Source: an uncultured Chloroflexia bacterium (GTDB lineage Bacteria; Chloroflexota; Limnocylindria; Limnocylindrales; CSP1-4). Taken from it: a stretch of DNA of 64,000 nt. Under the pieces are notes generated by a model. The model searched no databases. It was not told the DNA's origin and was given only the letters and a program-made list of their open reading frames with translations. The stretch is from contig CAWGWF010000002.1 in the NCBI GenBank assembly GCA_963826225.1, positions 4,987-68,986 on the forward strand, written 5' to 3'. Position numbers and translations under genes: made by a program. This document shows positions 1-7,940 of the stretch, one piece after another (positions within the stretch are counted from its first letter, which is position 1; every line of letters starts with the position of its first letter).

Positions 1-1481
1 CGGCCGACAAAGCTCGGGGTGAACGGGCGGTGGCGGCGCAGCGCGTCGACGCGGATGCCGTTCGTGCCCCCCGTCACGTGGATCCGCTCGAGCGCACGTG
101 TCACGCCGTCGACGGCGGGTCCGTCGTAGCGCGCCATCATCTCCGCCCGGGTGGAGATCGCCTGCGGGGGCGCGCTCCAGAAGACCTGCTCGTCGAACGC
201 CGGCGGCGAGGTGGGAAGGCCAACATCCGGCGTGAACAGGCCGCGTTCGATGTCGCGCTCGTTGACGAGCGCGCCGGCCAGCATGCCCAGCTCGATGTCA
301 CGGCCCTCGGCGTCGCGAGCGGTCGCACCCCACAGCGGTGTGGCCAGGTGCCCGAACGCGGTCCGGCCGGTCTCCTTGACCAGGACTCCCTGGGGAAACA
401 CCTGGTCCAGGTCGATCTTGAAGGTCGCGCGCACCGCGGGGTCGATGGCGACGTGCCAGAGCCCGGCGATGGCCTTGAGGAAGCTGTAGTGGCGGCCATA
501 CTCCCCGTCCACTCCCACAACCTCGCGCAGCCCTGGAGCGGCCTCCAGCGCGGCGGGTTCGCCAAGGCGGATCGCAAGGGCCGGGACGACAACCTCGTCG
601 ACCAGCCGCCGGGCATCGGCCTCGGTCACGACGACGACGTCCAGGTTGCGCAGGCCGCCGGCGCGCGCGAGCTCCGCCTCCACGTACGAGCGGGCGACGG
701 GGCCCAGGCCGTCGTGCGTCACGCTCACGGACAGCAGGCAGGTGACGCGGCCGGCGTCCGGCTCCACCTCCACGGCCTCGTCGAGCCCGCGCAACCCATA
801 GAGCAGCTCGTTGCCGGCCGGCTCCACTCCCAGCTCGATCGGGTGGTCATACCAGTAGCGCTGCTGGCCGGCGGCGGCGGTCGCGATCGCGTCCCGCAAC
901 GGCCGGGGGTACGGGAGCGCGCCGATGTCCTCACCCGCCGGTGGGGTCGTGAGCAGAACGTTCGAGGTGAACAGGATGTCCCGAGCGGGGTTCGTCATGG
1001 GATCGCGAGCCAGTCGGGTCACGGTGACGGTCCGGGCTGCTCGAAGCTCGCGGACGCGAAGCTCCTCGTTGCCGAGAAGTCCCACGGCCTGCGGGAAGAA
1101 CACCCGCCAGATGGCATCCCGCGTCTCCTCGGGACTCGTCGAGGCTTCCAGGAGACCCGGTGCGGCCGCCAACCGTTCGGCGACGTCCGGGCGGGACGCG
1201 GTGACTCGGCCGAGCTCGGCCGCGATCCGGGCCAGGGCGCTCGAGTAGAAGGCGGCGAGGTCGCCGGCCTGCCCCGGGCCTGGGGTCGCCAGCGCGGCCA
1301 CTGCGCGCTCGTAGCCCCGATGGCCGGGGCCTGCGGCCGCCACGAGGAACGCCCCCGTCACACGCTCGAGGGCATCGGCATCGTCAAGGAGAGAGGACGT
1401 CAGGTCGAGGATCGGCAGGCCCGGCGTCCCGCTCCCGGGCTCGAGCATCCGACCGAGGATCGCCGTCATCCGCTCGTCCAT
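1..1481 (-). CDS. conserved hypothetical protein, partial (3' end beyond left edge of window)
   Basis: Manual minus-strand translation from the ATG at 1481..1479 is open to position 1. It has normal composition (MDERMTAILGRMLEPGSG...QRYWYDHPIELGVEPAGNELLYGL...GEYGRHYSFLKAIAGLWHVAIDP...). It is absent from the ORF track because no stop lies in the window. The plus ORF 30..1610 is its R/G/D/H-rich antisense shadow. No family recognised. The start is uncertain (GTG at 1499 is also in frame). Confidence 0.5.
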   Translation of the reverse strand, partial: MDERMTAILGRMLEPGSGTPGLPILDLTSSLLDDADALERVTGAFLVAAAGPGHRGYERAVAALATPGPGQAGDLAAFYSSALARIAAELGRVTASRPDVAERLAAAPGLLEASTSPEETRDAIWRVFFPQAVGLLGNEELRVRELRAARTVTVTRLARDPMTNPARDILFTSNVLLTTPPAGEDIGALPYPRPLRDAIATAAAGQQRYWYDHPIELGVEPAGNELLYGLRGLDEAVEVEPDAGRVTCLLSVSVTHDGLGPVARSYVEAELARAGGLRNLDVVVVTEADARRLVDEVVVPALAIRLGEPAALEAAPGLREVVGVDGEYGRHYSFLKAIAGLWHVAIDPAVRATFKIDLDQVFPQGVLVKETGRTAFGHLATPLWGATARDAEGRDIELGMLAGALVNERDIERGLFTPDVGLPTSPPAFDEQVFWSAPPQAISTRAEMMARYDGPAVDGVTRALERIHVTGGTNGIRVDALRRHRPFTPSFVG

Positions 1482-1635
1482 GGGTGGGAAGGATGGCACG
1501 CCGTGAGGCGGAGGGCGCAGATCCGCGCCTCCCGCAGGGGTACGGAGGACCGGATGGTCCGCAGGGTCGGGAGGGCCCGGCGGTCCGGAGCCTCTTGCCT
1601 GCGCCGCTGAGGCGCGGCCGGATCGTCGGTCGGAG

Positions 1636-2445
1636 CTACCGGTCGCGCAGCATGGCATCGACGGTCGGTAGCCGCTCGAAGTGGGAGAACGTCCCCGAGT
1701 CGGCGATTTCGTGCGCCGCCTGCAGGAATCCCGCCCAGGCGGTGCGCGCCAGCGTGCCCCCCACGCTGATCCGCCGCACGCCCAGGGCCGCCGCCTCGGC
1801 AACCGTGATGAACGGGGCGTTGACCAGGAGATTCACCGGCTTGGGCGACACCGCGGCGACGACTGCGGCGACATGCTCGGCGCTGGCGATCCGAGGGGCG
1901 AAGAGACAGTCCGCACCGGCTTCTGCGTACGCGCGCAGCCGCCTGATCGTCTCATCGATGTCGGGCCGTCCGACCACGAACCCTTCGGAACGGCCGGTGA
2001 GGACGATGCCCGTGCCGCTCTCGTCGATCGCACGTCGCGCAGCTCGAACACGCTCGACCGCCAGATCGAAGTCATGGAGAGGCTCGCGTGGATCGCCCGT
2101 GGAGTCCTCGATGGAGAGGCCGGCGATGCCGGTGGCCGCGGCCAGTCTGACGTTGGTGGCGACGCCCTCCGGTTCGACCGCGAAACCGCCCTCGAAGTCT
2201 GCGTTCACGGGGACGCCTACCGCAGCCGCCACGACCCGCAGGTGTTCGAGCACCTCATCGAGCGTCACCTGATTGTCCGGGCGGCCCAGCGTCCAGGCGA
2301 ACCCGGCACTCGTCGTCGCCAGGGCCTTGAATCCCATCTGCTCCAGCGCCCGCGCGCTCCCCGCATCCCAGGGGTTCGGCATGACAAAGCAACCGGTGGC
2401 ATGCAGGCTGCGGAACGTCGCGATCCGATCGTCCGTCGTCGTCAC
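1636..2445 (-). CDS. isocitrate lyase / PEP mutase family protein (2-methylisocitrate lyase or carboxyvinyl-carboxyphosphonate phosphorylmutase-like)
   Basis: ORF 1636..2508. Family signature FRSLH...FVMPNPWDAGSARALEQMGFKALATTSAGFAW...GLSIEDS. The likely start is the GTG at 2445 (VTTTDDRIATF), preceded by GGGAG. The longer N-terminus from 2508 looks non-homologous. Confidence 0.85.
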   Translation of the reverse strand: MTTTDDRIATFRSLHATGCFVMPNPWDAGSARALEQMGFKALATTSAGFAWTLGRPDNQVTLDEVLEHLRVVAAAVGVPVNADFEGGFAVEPEGVATNVRLAAATGIAGLSIEDSTGDPREPLHDFDLAVERVRAARRAIDESGTGIVLTGRSEGFVVGRPDIDETIRRLRAYAEAGADCLFAPRIASAEHVAAVVAAVSPKPVNLLVNAPFITVAEAAALGVRRISVGGTLARTAWAGFLQAAHEIADSGTFSHFERLPTVDAMLRDR

Positions 2446-2509
2446 GTGCTGCTCCCGGGGTGAACCAGCGCCCTTGGCGCCATGCAGTGGCGCTTGCCAG
2501 AGCACCACA

Positions 2510-3127
2510 CTACGCTGCGAGCCCGCGAAGCAGCAAGGTGATCATCCGCTCGAAGGACCGATCGACGTCGCGCGGCAGCCCGAACCCGCCGGCCGCTTCG
2601 AGAACGACGAACCCGTGGAGCGCCGACCGCAGCGCCCTCGCCGCGTCGACCGCATCGTCACCGGCCAGCCCGACCTCGCCGAGGACGCCGAAGACCGGCG
2701 CCACGACGGCGTCGCTCGCCGCCGCGTGCTCTGCGTCGCCAGGCGGGGCGGCACGCACCGTGGCTGCGTAGCGGCCGGGGTGGGTCGTCGCGAAGGCACG
2801 ATACGCCCTCGCCAACGCGTCCAGGCGGACAACGGGGCTGGCGGTGGCATCAGCCTCACCCCCGCCCGCCGACCCGCCCGCAGTGCCGCCTCCCGGCCGG
2901 GCCGCCGTCAGCGCGACGGCGAGGGCAGCCCCGAGCTCGTCGAGGGCGAGGATCGTGACGCCGCGCCGCACGGCGTCGAGCCCATCGACGTGCTTGTAGA
3001 GACTGGGGACCCGAACGCCGAGGCGGCCCGCGAGCGCAGCAAGCGTCACGTGCTCCCAGCCGACCTCGTCGGCGAGCCGGGCTGCCTCGGCGATGACCGC
3101 CGTCGCCGTGAGCCCCGCCCTAGGCAC
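2510..3127 (-). CDS. TetR/AcrR family transcriptional regulator
   Basis: N-terminal HTH (AVIAEAARLADEVGWEHVTLAALAGRLGVRVPSLYKHV). GTG start overlaps the stop of the upstream hydrolase by 8 nt. Confidence 0.85.
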   Translation of the reverse strand: MPRAGLTATAVIAEAARLADEVGWEHVTLAALAGRLGVRVPSLYKHVDGLDAVRRGVTILALDELGAALAVALTAARPGGGTAGGSAGGGEADATASPVVRLDALARAYRAFATTHPGRYAATVRAAPPGDAEHAAASDAVVAPVFGVLGEVGLAGDDAVDAARALRSALHGFVVLEAAGGFGLPRDVDRSFERMITLLLRGLAA

Positions 3128-4028
3128 GCCCGGTGACCTCGCCGACGAACCCGACGATCACGGGCCCGACCACCTCGGGATACTCGGCTTGCGGATAGTG
3201 GCCGGCCTCGGGGACGACCAGCGTCCGCCCGCCGAGCCGCTCGGCGATCCAGGCCGCCTCGGCGGCCGGGTCGGCGAAGTCCGGATCGCGGCCGCCCATG
3301 ACGACGAGCGCCTGGGTCCGCACCTCGCCGAGCCGCGCCTCGACCGGGGCGTGGCTCGTCCGGGTCGTCGCCGCGAACGCGGACCAGCGGCCGGGACGCG
3401 CGAGGCTCGCCCGGATCCGCGCCCGGTGAGCATCGAGGTCGGCCGGGCGCCGGCCGGGGTAGAGCTTCGCGTACCAGGCGTTCCAGGCCGCGGGGCCCCA
3501 CGGTCGCAGCAGCGCGAGCCGGAAGGCGAGCGCCGCCCCTCGTCCGACCGGTGCGTTCCGCATGAACGCCCCGAGGAGGACGAGACCGGCCACGGCGTCG
3601 GGGGCCTCCGCGGCGGCCCAGGCAGCAGCACCGGCACCCATGGAGTTGCCGATGACGACCGCCGGTCCGCCGAGCTCGCGGACGAGGGCGACAACGTCGG
3701 AGCCGACGGCGACGTCGTCGTACGCATCGAACGTCGCGTCGCTGTCGCCGTGACCGCGCAGGTCCATCGCGGCAACTCGGTAGCCGGCGTCGACGAGCTG
3801 CGGGACGAGCGCCCGGTAGACGGAGCGCAGGTCGCCCATGCCGGGGACGCAGACGACGAGCGGCCCGTCGCCGCGGACGTCGTACGCCACGCGCCCGCCT
3901 GGTCGCTCGAGGAACCGGACGGCCGGGACCACCGGTTCGATCGTGGCTCGTGTCCCGCCTGATGTTGTCGTGGCGTTTCCGGTTGCAGCCGTGATCGCAG
4001 GGATCTCGGCGGTGGTGGCGGTGGTCAT
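3120..4028 (-). CDS. alpha/beta hydrolase fold protein
   Basis: ORF 3120..4151. Nucleophile elbow GNSMGA and HGDS motif, with typical length. The start is taken at the ATG at 4028 (MTTATTAEIP); upstream codons read through a low-GC promoter-like region. Confidence 0.85.
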   Translation of the reverse strand: MTTATTAEIPAITAATGNATTTSGGTRATIEPVVPAVRFLERPGGRVAYDVRGDGPLVVCVPGMGDLRSVYRALVPQLVDAGYRVAAMDLRGHGDSDATFDAYDDVAVGSDVVALVRELGGPAVVIGNSMGAGAAAWAAAEAPDAVAGLVLLGAFMRNAPVGRGAALAFRLALLRPWGPAAWNAWYAKLYPGRRPADLDAHRARIRASLARPGRWSAFAATTRTSHAPVEARLGEVRTQALVVMGGRDPDFADPAAEAAWIAERLGGRTLVVPEAGHYPQAEYPEVVGPVIVGFVGEVTGRA

Positions 4029-4083
4029 CTGGGGCTTCTCCTGGCTAGGGTTCTTAGCTTCAGCTGATGGCAGCATGGCTAAT

Positions 4084-4196
4084 AACCTTAGCTTTGTCAA
4101 GTCTCGTACCGATTTCGCGATGATCCGCGGATGCCGATGCTGGCCGACCACATCCCGATCGGCGTCCCCGCCGCGCGCAGCGGCGTCTCGACATCC
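4084..4196 (+). repeat. diverged direct repeat of the soxR promoter plus 5' coding region (partner 5650..5764)
   Basis: A shared 17-nt block gatgatccgcggatgcc and the shared first 22 codons. Upstream, the SoxR-box region is recognisable but carries indels (aaccttagctttgtcaagtc versus aacctcaagcgcacttgaagtcaagc). Confidence 0.7.
4131..4196 (+). pseudogene. truncated soxR 5' fragment (first 22 codons only)
   Basis: MPMLADHIPIGVPAARSGVSTS compares with MPVLPDQIPIGVLAARSGVSTS of the intact soxR at 5699. I counted 6 mismatches over these 66 nt. Homology stops at 4196, 19 nt before the stop of the convergent FAD oxidase. Confidence 0.65.
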
Positions 4197-4214
4197 TCGC
4201 CCGTCGGCCGGGTG

Positions 4215-5594
4215 CTATGCCGGGCGGATGTTGAAGTTGGCGCGGAAGACGTTGTCGGGGTCGTAGCGACGCTTGAGCTCGCGCAGGCGTGTCCAGGAGG
4301 ACGCCGGATAGGCGTCACGGACGGCGTCGGCGCCCTCGTCGCCCATGAAGTTGACGTAGGTCGCCGGACCGTCCGCGGGCAGCTCGGCGCGGAAGGCCGC
4401 GGTCCAGGCCTCGTTGGCGGCGGCCCGGGCAAGGTCCTTGTCGGGCGTGATGAGCCACAGCAGGGCGGGCCGATCGCGCCAGCCGAACGCGGTCGCATCA
4501 CCCGGGACGCGCGCCATGGCGCCGCCGAGGACGCGGAGCTGGACGATCGCCTCGGGTGCGCCGGGTTCGGTGAGCCGGCGCTCGATCACGTCGATCATGG
4601 CGTCGTCGAGGGCGTCGAGGAACAGGGCACGGCTTGAGATGGCCCATGTCGGTCCCTCGTCGGGGTCGACCGGGGAGAACAGGTCCGGGTACGGCTTCGG
4701 GGCGATCGTGTCGCTCATCGGCGTTGCGAGGGCGCGCAGCGGCGCCAGCGCCAGCTCACCGGCGTCCGGCGGACCCGCCCACACGACCGAGAGGTAGACC
4801 ACCGGGCGTCCCCGATGCGCATCCGGGATCGCCGGGTCCTCCGGCGCCAGCATGATGGTGGGCATCGCGGTCAGCTCGTCGGGAGCGGCGAGCAGGGTGG
4901 GGACCAGGCGGTGGAGCACGTCGCGCGTGGCCGGCAGGAGGATGTCGCCCGCGAGCACGTTGTCCAGCGGATGGAGCCGGAACTGCAGGCGGGTGACGAC
5001 GCCGAAGTTCGCCCCGGCGCCGCGCACGGCCCAGAACAGGTCGGGGTCCTCGACGGCGCTGGCGATCCGTCGCCGGCCGTCCGCCGTCACGATCTCGACC
5101 GCGAGCAGGCTGTCGATCGTCATCCCGTGCTTTCGGACCAGCCAGCCGACGCCGCCGCCGAGCGTGATCCCGGCGACGCCGACGGATCCGGTGTCCCCGA
5201 ACGGGGTCACGAGGCCATGCGCGTGGGTGGCGCTCGTGTACTCGCCGGCGAGCACGCCCGCGTCGGCCCAGGCCGTCCGCCCGACGGCATCGATCTCCAC
5301 GCCCCGCATCGCCGACAGGTCCAGGAGGAGCGCGCCGTCCCCCGTGCCGTGGCCCACCATGCTGTGGCCGCCGGCGCGAACGACCAGCGGCATGCCCCGG
5401 TCCCGGGCGTGCGCGACCAGGAGAGCCACGTCCGCCGTGTCGGTCGGACGGGCGATGAGGGCGGGGCGCCTGTCGACGGCCGCGTTGTGGACCCGACGGG
5501 CGCGGTCGTAGTCGTCGGCCTTGGGCGAGATCAGCCGGCCCCGGAACCCCGGGCCGAGGTCCGAGGCATACCGCGCGGTCTCCTGAAGCACCAC
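4215..5594 (-). CDS. FAD-binding oxidoreductase, berberine-bridge-enzyme-like (FAD_binding_4 + BBE C-terminus)
   Basis: RAGGHSMVGHG, GITLGGGVGWLVRKHG and DLFWAVRGAGANFGVVT, with the C-terminal RRYDPDNVFRANFNI. GTG start, divergent from soxR. Confidence 0.9.
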   Translation of the reverse strand: MVLQETARYASDLGPGFRGRLISPKADDYDRARRVHNAAVDRRPALIARPTDTADVALLVAHARDRGMPLVVRAGGHSMVGHGTGDGALLLDLSAMRGVEIDAVGRTAWADAGVLAGEYTSATHAHGLVTPFGDTGSVGVAGITLGGGVGWLVRKHGMTIDSLLAVEIVTADGRRRIASAVEDPDLFWAVRGAGANFGVVTRLQFRLHPLDNVLAGDILLPATRDVLHRLVPTLLAAPDELTAMPTIMLAPEDPAIPDAHRGRPVVYLSVVWAGPPDAGELALAPLRALATPMSDTIAPKPYPDLFSPVDPDEGPTWAISSRALFLDALDDAMIDVIERRLTEPGAPEAIVQLRVLGGAMARVPGDATAFGWRDRPALLWLITPDKDLARAAANEAWTAAFRAELPADGPATYVNFMGDEGADAVRDAYPASSWTRLRELKRRYDPDNVFRANFNIRPA

Positions 5595-5649
5595 GGTCGA
5601 TCGCTCCCTCTAGGCCGCGCCGGGCGACGCTGCGCTCCGGCGACGCTAC

Positions 5650-5764
5650 AACCTCAAGCGCACTTGAAGTCAAGCACTGTTTTCGAGATGATCCGCGGAT
5701 GCCGGTTCTGCCCGACCAGATCCCGATCGGCGTCCTCGCGGCGCGCAGCGGCGTCTCGACATCC
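5650..5764 (+). repeat. partner of the 4084..4196 repeat (intact soxR promoter and first 22 codons)
   Basis: See 4084..4196. Confidence 0.7.
5651..5670. promoter_or_regulatory. SoxR box (inverted repeat ACCTCAAG-CGCA-CTTGAAGT) in the soxR / FAD-oxidase divergent intergenic region
   Basis: The half-sites match in 7 of 8 positions and resemble the known CCTCAAG-N4-CTTGAGG SoxR operator. The box lies 29 nt upstream of the soxR ATG and 57 nt upstream of the oxidase start, in a locally low-GC stretch. Confidence 0.6.
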
Positions 5765-6148
5765 GCCCTGCGCTTCTACGAGTCCCGCGGCCTGATCGCC
5801 GCGAGCCGGAGCCCGGGCAACCAACGGCAGTACCCGCGCCACGCCCTGCGGCGAGTGGCCTTCATCCGCGCGGCGCGGCGGGTGGGTCTCTCGCTCGGCG
5901 AGATCGAGGGCGCGCTGGCCGGCATGCCGGTGGACAGGGCCCCCGCCAAGGCCGACTGGGCCCGGCTCAGCCGTGCCTGGCGCCCACGGCTCGACGCGCG
6001 GATCACGGAGCTGGAGCAGCTCCGCGACGAACTGACCGCGTGCATCGGATGCGGCTGCCTGTCACTCCGGACCTGCCGCCTCATCAACCGGGACGACGTC
6101 GCCGCCGCGGACGGCGCCGGCTCGTACCTCCAGTCGGACCGTGGATAG
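5699..6148 (+). CDS. soxR: redox-sensitive transcriptional activator SoxR (MerR family, [2Fe-2S])
   Basis: MerR HTH (IGVLAARSGVSTSALRFYESRGLI) and the diagnostic C-terminal cluster motif CIGCGCLSLRTC. Confidence 0.9.
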   Translation: MPVLPDQIPIGVLAARSGVSTSALRFYESRGLIAASRSPGNQRQYPRHALRRVAFIRAARRVGLSLGEIEGALAGMPVDRAPAKADWARLSRAWRPRLDARITELEQLRDELTACIGCGCLSLRTCRLINRDDVAAADGAGSYLQSDRG

Positions 6149-6370
6149 CTCGGGGATCGGGGTCGACAGTCGATCGGGACGGCGCGAGCGAACGCACCCT
6201 GCGGTCTTCAGCCAACCCCGGAGTAGCAGGGGCGCGGCGATTACCCGAGCGACCGCGTCAGCGTCGAGGCGCCGCCGTTTCCGGGGCCCGTGGGGCCGGG
6301 CGAACGACCATCCAGGCCAGAGCGCCGCCAGCAGCCCGACGACGAGCGCGGCCAGCGCCTGACGGAACCG

Positions 6371-6991
6371 ATGGTCGCGGCGCGGCGTCTCGCCGTGGTG
6401 ACTGAGACCACGACGCCGACAGCCCCGCTCGCCCGGTTCGAGGCGATCTTCGCGGCCCACCAACGCGCCGTGCTGGCCTACACGATGCGGCGCACCGACG
6501 CCCTCGCGGATGCCGAGGACGCAGCCTCCGAGACGTTCGCCGTCGCCTGGCGCAGGCTGTCGGCAATCCCGTCCGATCCACTCCCGTGGCTGTATGCCGT
6601 CGCACGGCGGGTCCTCGCCAATCAACGCCGCGGCAATGGCCGCCGACAGCGACTTGCGGCGTTCCTCCGCGTCGAGGATGTCCCAACCCCGCTTCGCGCC
6701 GGCGAGGATCTCGACGGACCCGTGTTCGAGGCGCTCGCCTCCCTGCCACCCGCCGACCAGGAGATCCTGCGTCTCGTCGCGTGGGAGGACCTGCGCAATC
6801 AGCAGATCGCCGAGGTGCTGGAGATCACGCCCAACGCGGTGGCCATCCGCCTGCATCGAGCCCGGGCCCGGTTCGCGGCGACGCTCGAGAGCGTTCAGCG
6901 AGAGAGCGACCTGAAAGATCCTGGCCTCAGCCGGACATTGGCTGATGTGAAGGGCACCCAGGGTGTCGCATGGAAGGGAGTGGCGGAATGA
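6371..6991 (+). CDS. ECF-type RNA polymerase sigma-70 factor
   Basis: Region 2 (FEAIFAAHQRAVLAYTMRR...ETFAVAWRR) and region 4 HTH (DQEILRLVAWEDLRNQQIAEVLEITPNAVAIRLHRAR). Start taken at the ATG at 6371 within ORF 6290..6991. The stop overlaps the next start (ATGA). Confidence 0.8.
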   Translation: MVAARRLAVVTETTTPTAPLARFEAIFAAHQRAVLAYTMRRTDALADAEDAASETFAVAWRRLSAIPSDPLPWLYAVARRVLANQRRGNGRRQRLAAFLRVEDVPTPLRAGEDLDGPVFEALASLPPADQEILRLVAWEDLRNQQIAEVLEITPNAVAIRLHRARARFAATLESVQRESDLKDPGLSRTLADVKGTQGVAWKGVAE

Positions 6992-7608
6992 GCATGCCGA
7001 ACGGAACCGGTCCGTTCGATCGGCTCCGTGATGCCGACCCGGTCCGTGCGCACGACGTGCCCGACGCGAGCCTCGCCCGCGTCTCGGCGAGGATCCAGGA
7101 GAGCATCATGACCGACATCCAGCCCACCCCCGCGGACAAGCACTCGCGCCGTCCGTTCGCCTTGCTCGGCGGGATTGCCCTCGCGGGCGCCCTGGCCCTC
7201 GCGGTGGCGATCGGGCTCGGCCCCGGCCTCGCGTCCGGGCAGCCCGAGGTGATCGGCAACGTGCCGACGCCGTCCTCCGACACCGTTGCCGGCGGCGGGA
7301 TGGCCTCGTGCCTGATGTACGAGCCGGCGATGCTGCCGACCTTCGATGTCGTCTTCGACGGCACGGTCACCGCCGTCGACGGCGACGAGATCACGTTCGC
7401 CGTGAATGCCGCCTGGAAGGGCGTGGACGACACCGTCACGCTCACGAGCCCGTCCGAGGGCGTGGCGCTCGTCGGACCCGTACCCGACTTCGAGGTCGGT
7501 GGGCGCTACCTCGTGACGGCGGCCGGAACGAACATCAACGCGTGTGGCTACACGCTCGAGTTCGACGCCGAGACGGCGGCCACCTGGGCAGCCGCGTTCG
7601 CCAACTGA
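6988..7608 (+). CDS. membrane-anchored protein, putative anti-sigma factor with TIMP/NTR-like ectodomain
   Basis: Translationally coupled to the ECF sigma. One TM helix (FALLGGIALAGALALAVAIGL). The C-terminal pattern SC...FDVVFDGTVTAV...AAWKG...GGRYLVTAAG..INACGYT resembles bacterial TIMP-like OB-fold proteins. The family call is tentative. Confidence 0.6.
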   Translation: MSMPNGTGPFDRLRDADPVRAHDVPDASLARVSARIQESIMTDIQPTPADKHSRRPFALLGGIALAGALALAVAIGLGPGLASGQPEVIGNVPTPSSDTVAGGGMASCLMYEPAMLPTFDVVFDGTVTAVDGDEITFAVNAAWKGVDDTVTLTSPSEGVALVGPVPDFEVGGRYLVTAAGTNINACGYTLEFDAETAATWAAAFAN

Positions 7609-7627
7609 TCCGGTCGAGACCACGGAC

Positions 7628-7653
7628 GAGGCCCCGCCGGAAGGCGGGGCCTC
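7628..7653 (+). terminator. GC-rich hairpin, probable intrinsic terminator after the sigma/anti-sigma pair
   Basis: Perfect 11-bp stem gaggccccgcc / ggcggggcctc with a ggaa loop, 20 nt after the stop at 7608. No U-tract follows, so this is not a canonical intrinsic terminator. Confidence 0.5.
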
Positions 7654-7940
7654 GTCGGGCGACGGTGACGGACAGCTGCCCGTGACGACCCTTGGGACGT
7701 ACCCGGTGCGCTCGACGACGCACCCATGGCGGACCGCGACACCGAGGGCGAGGTCCTCGTTCATTGCCGCGAGACATCGCTGCCGGAGCCCGAACCCCGT
7801 CTCCCGATCCACGTCCCGCGCCCGACACCCGCCGGGCGCGGGACAGCATGTCGTCCTGCGCCACGGATTGGCGACGCTCGCTGGTGGCCGGGTCGGCACG
7901 TCAGGCGGCGGCGGAGGCCGAATTGCGACATGCTTGGGCC

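Noticed and set aside
30-1610. 526-aa plus-strand ORF at the left edge
   Set aside because: Its composition (R/G/D/H/V-rich, no recognisable motifs) is typical of the antisense frame of a high-GC gene. The opposite strand encodes a clean, uninterrupted protein that runs off the window.
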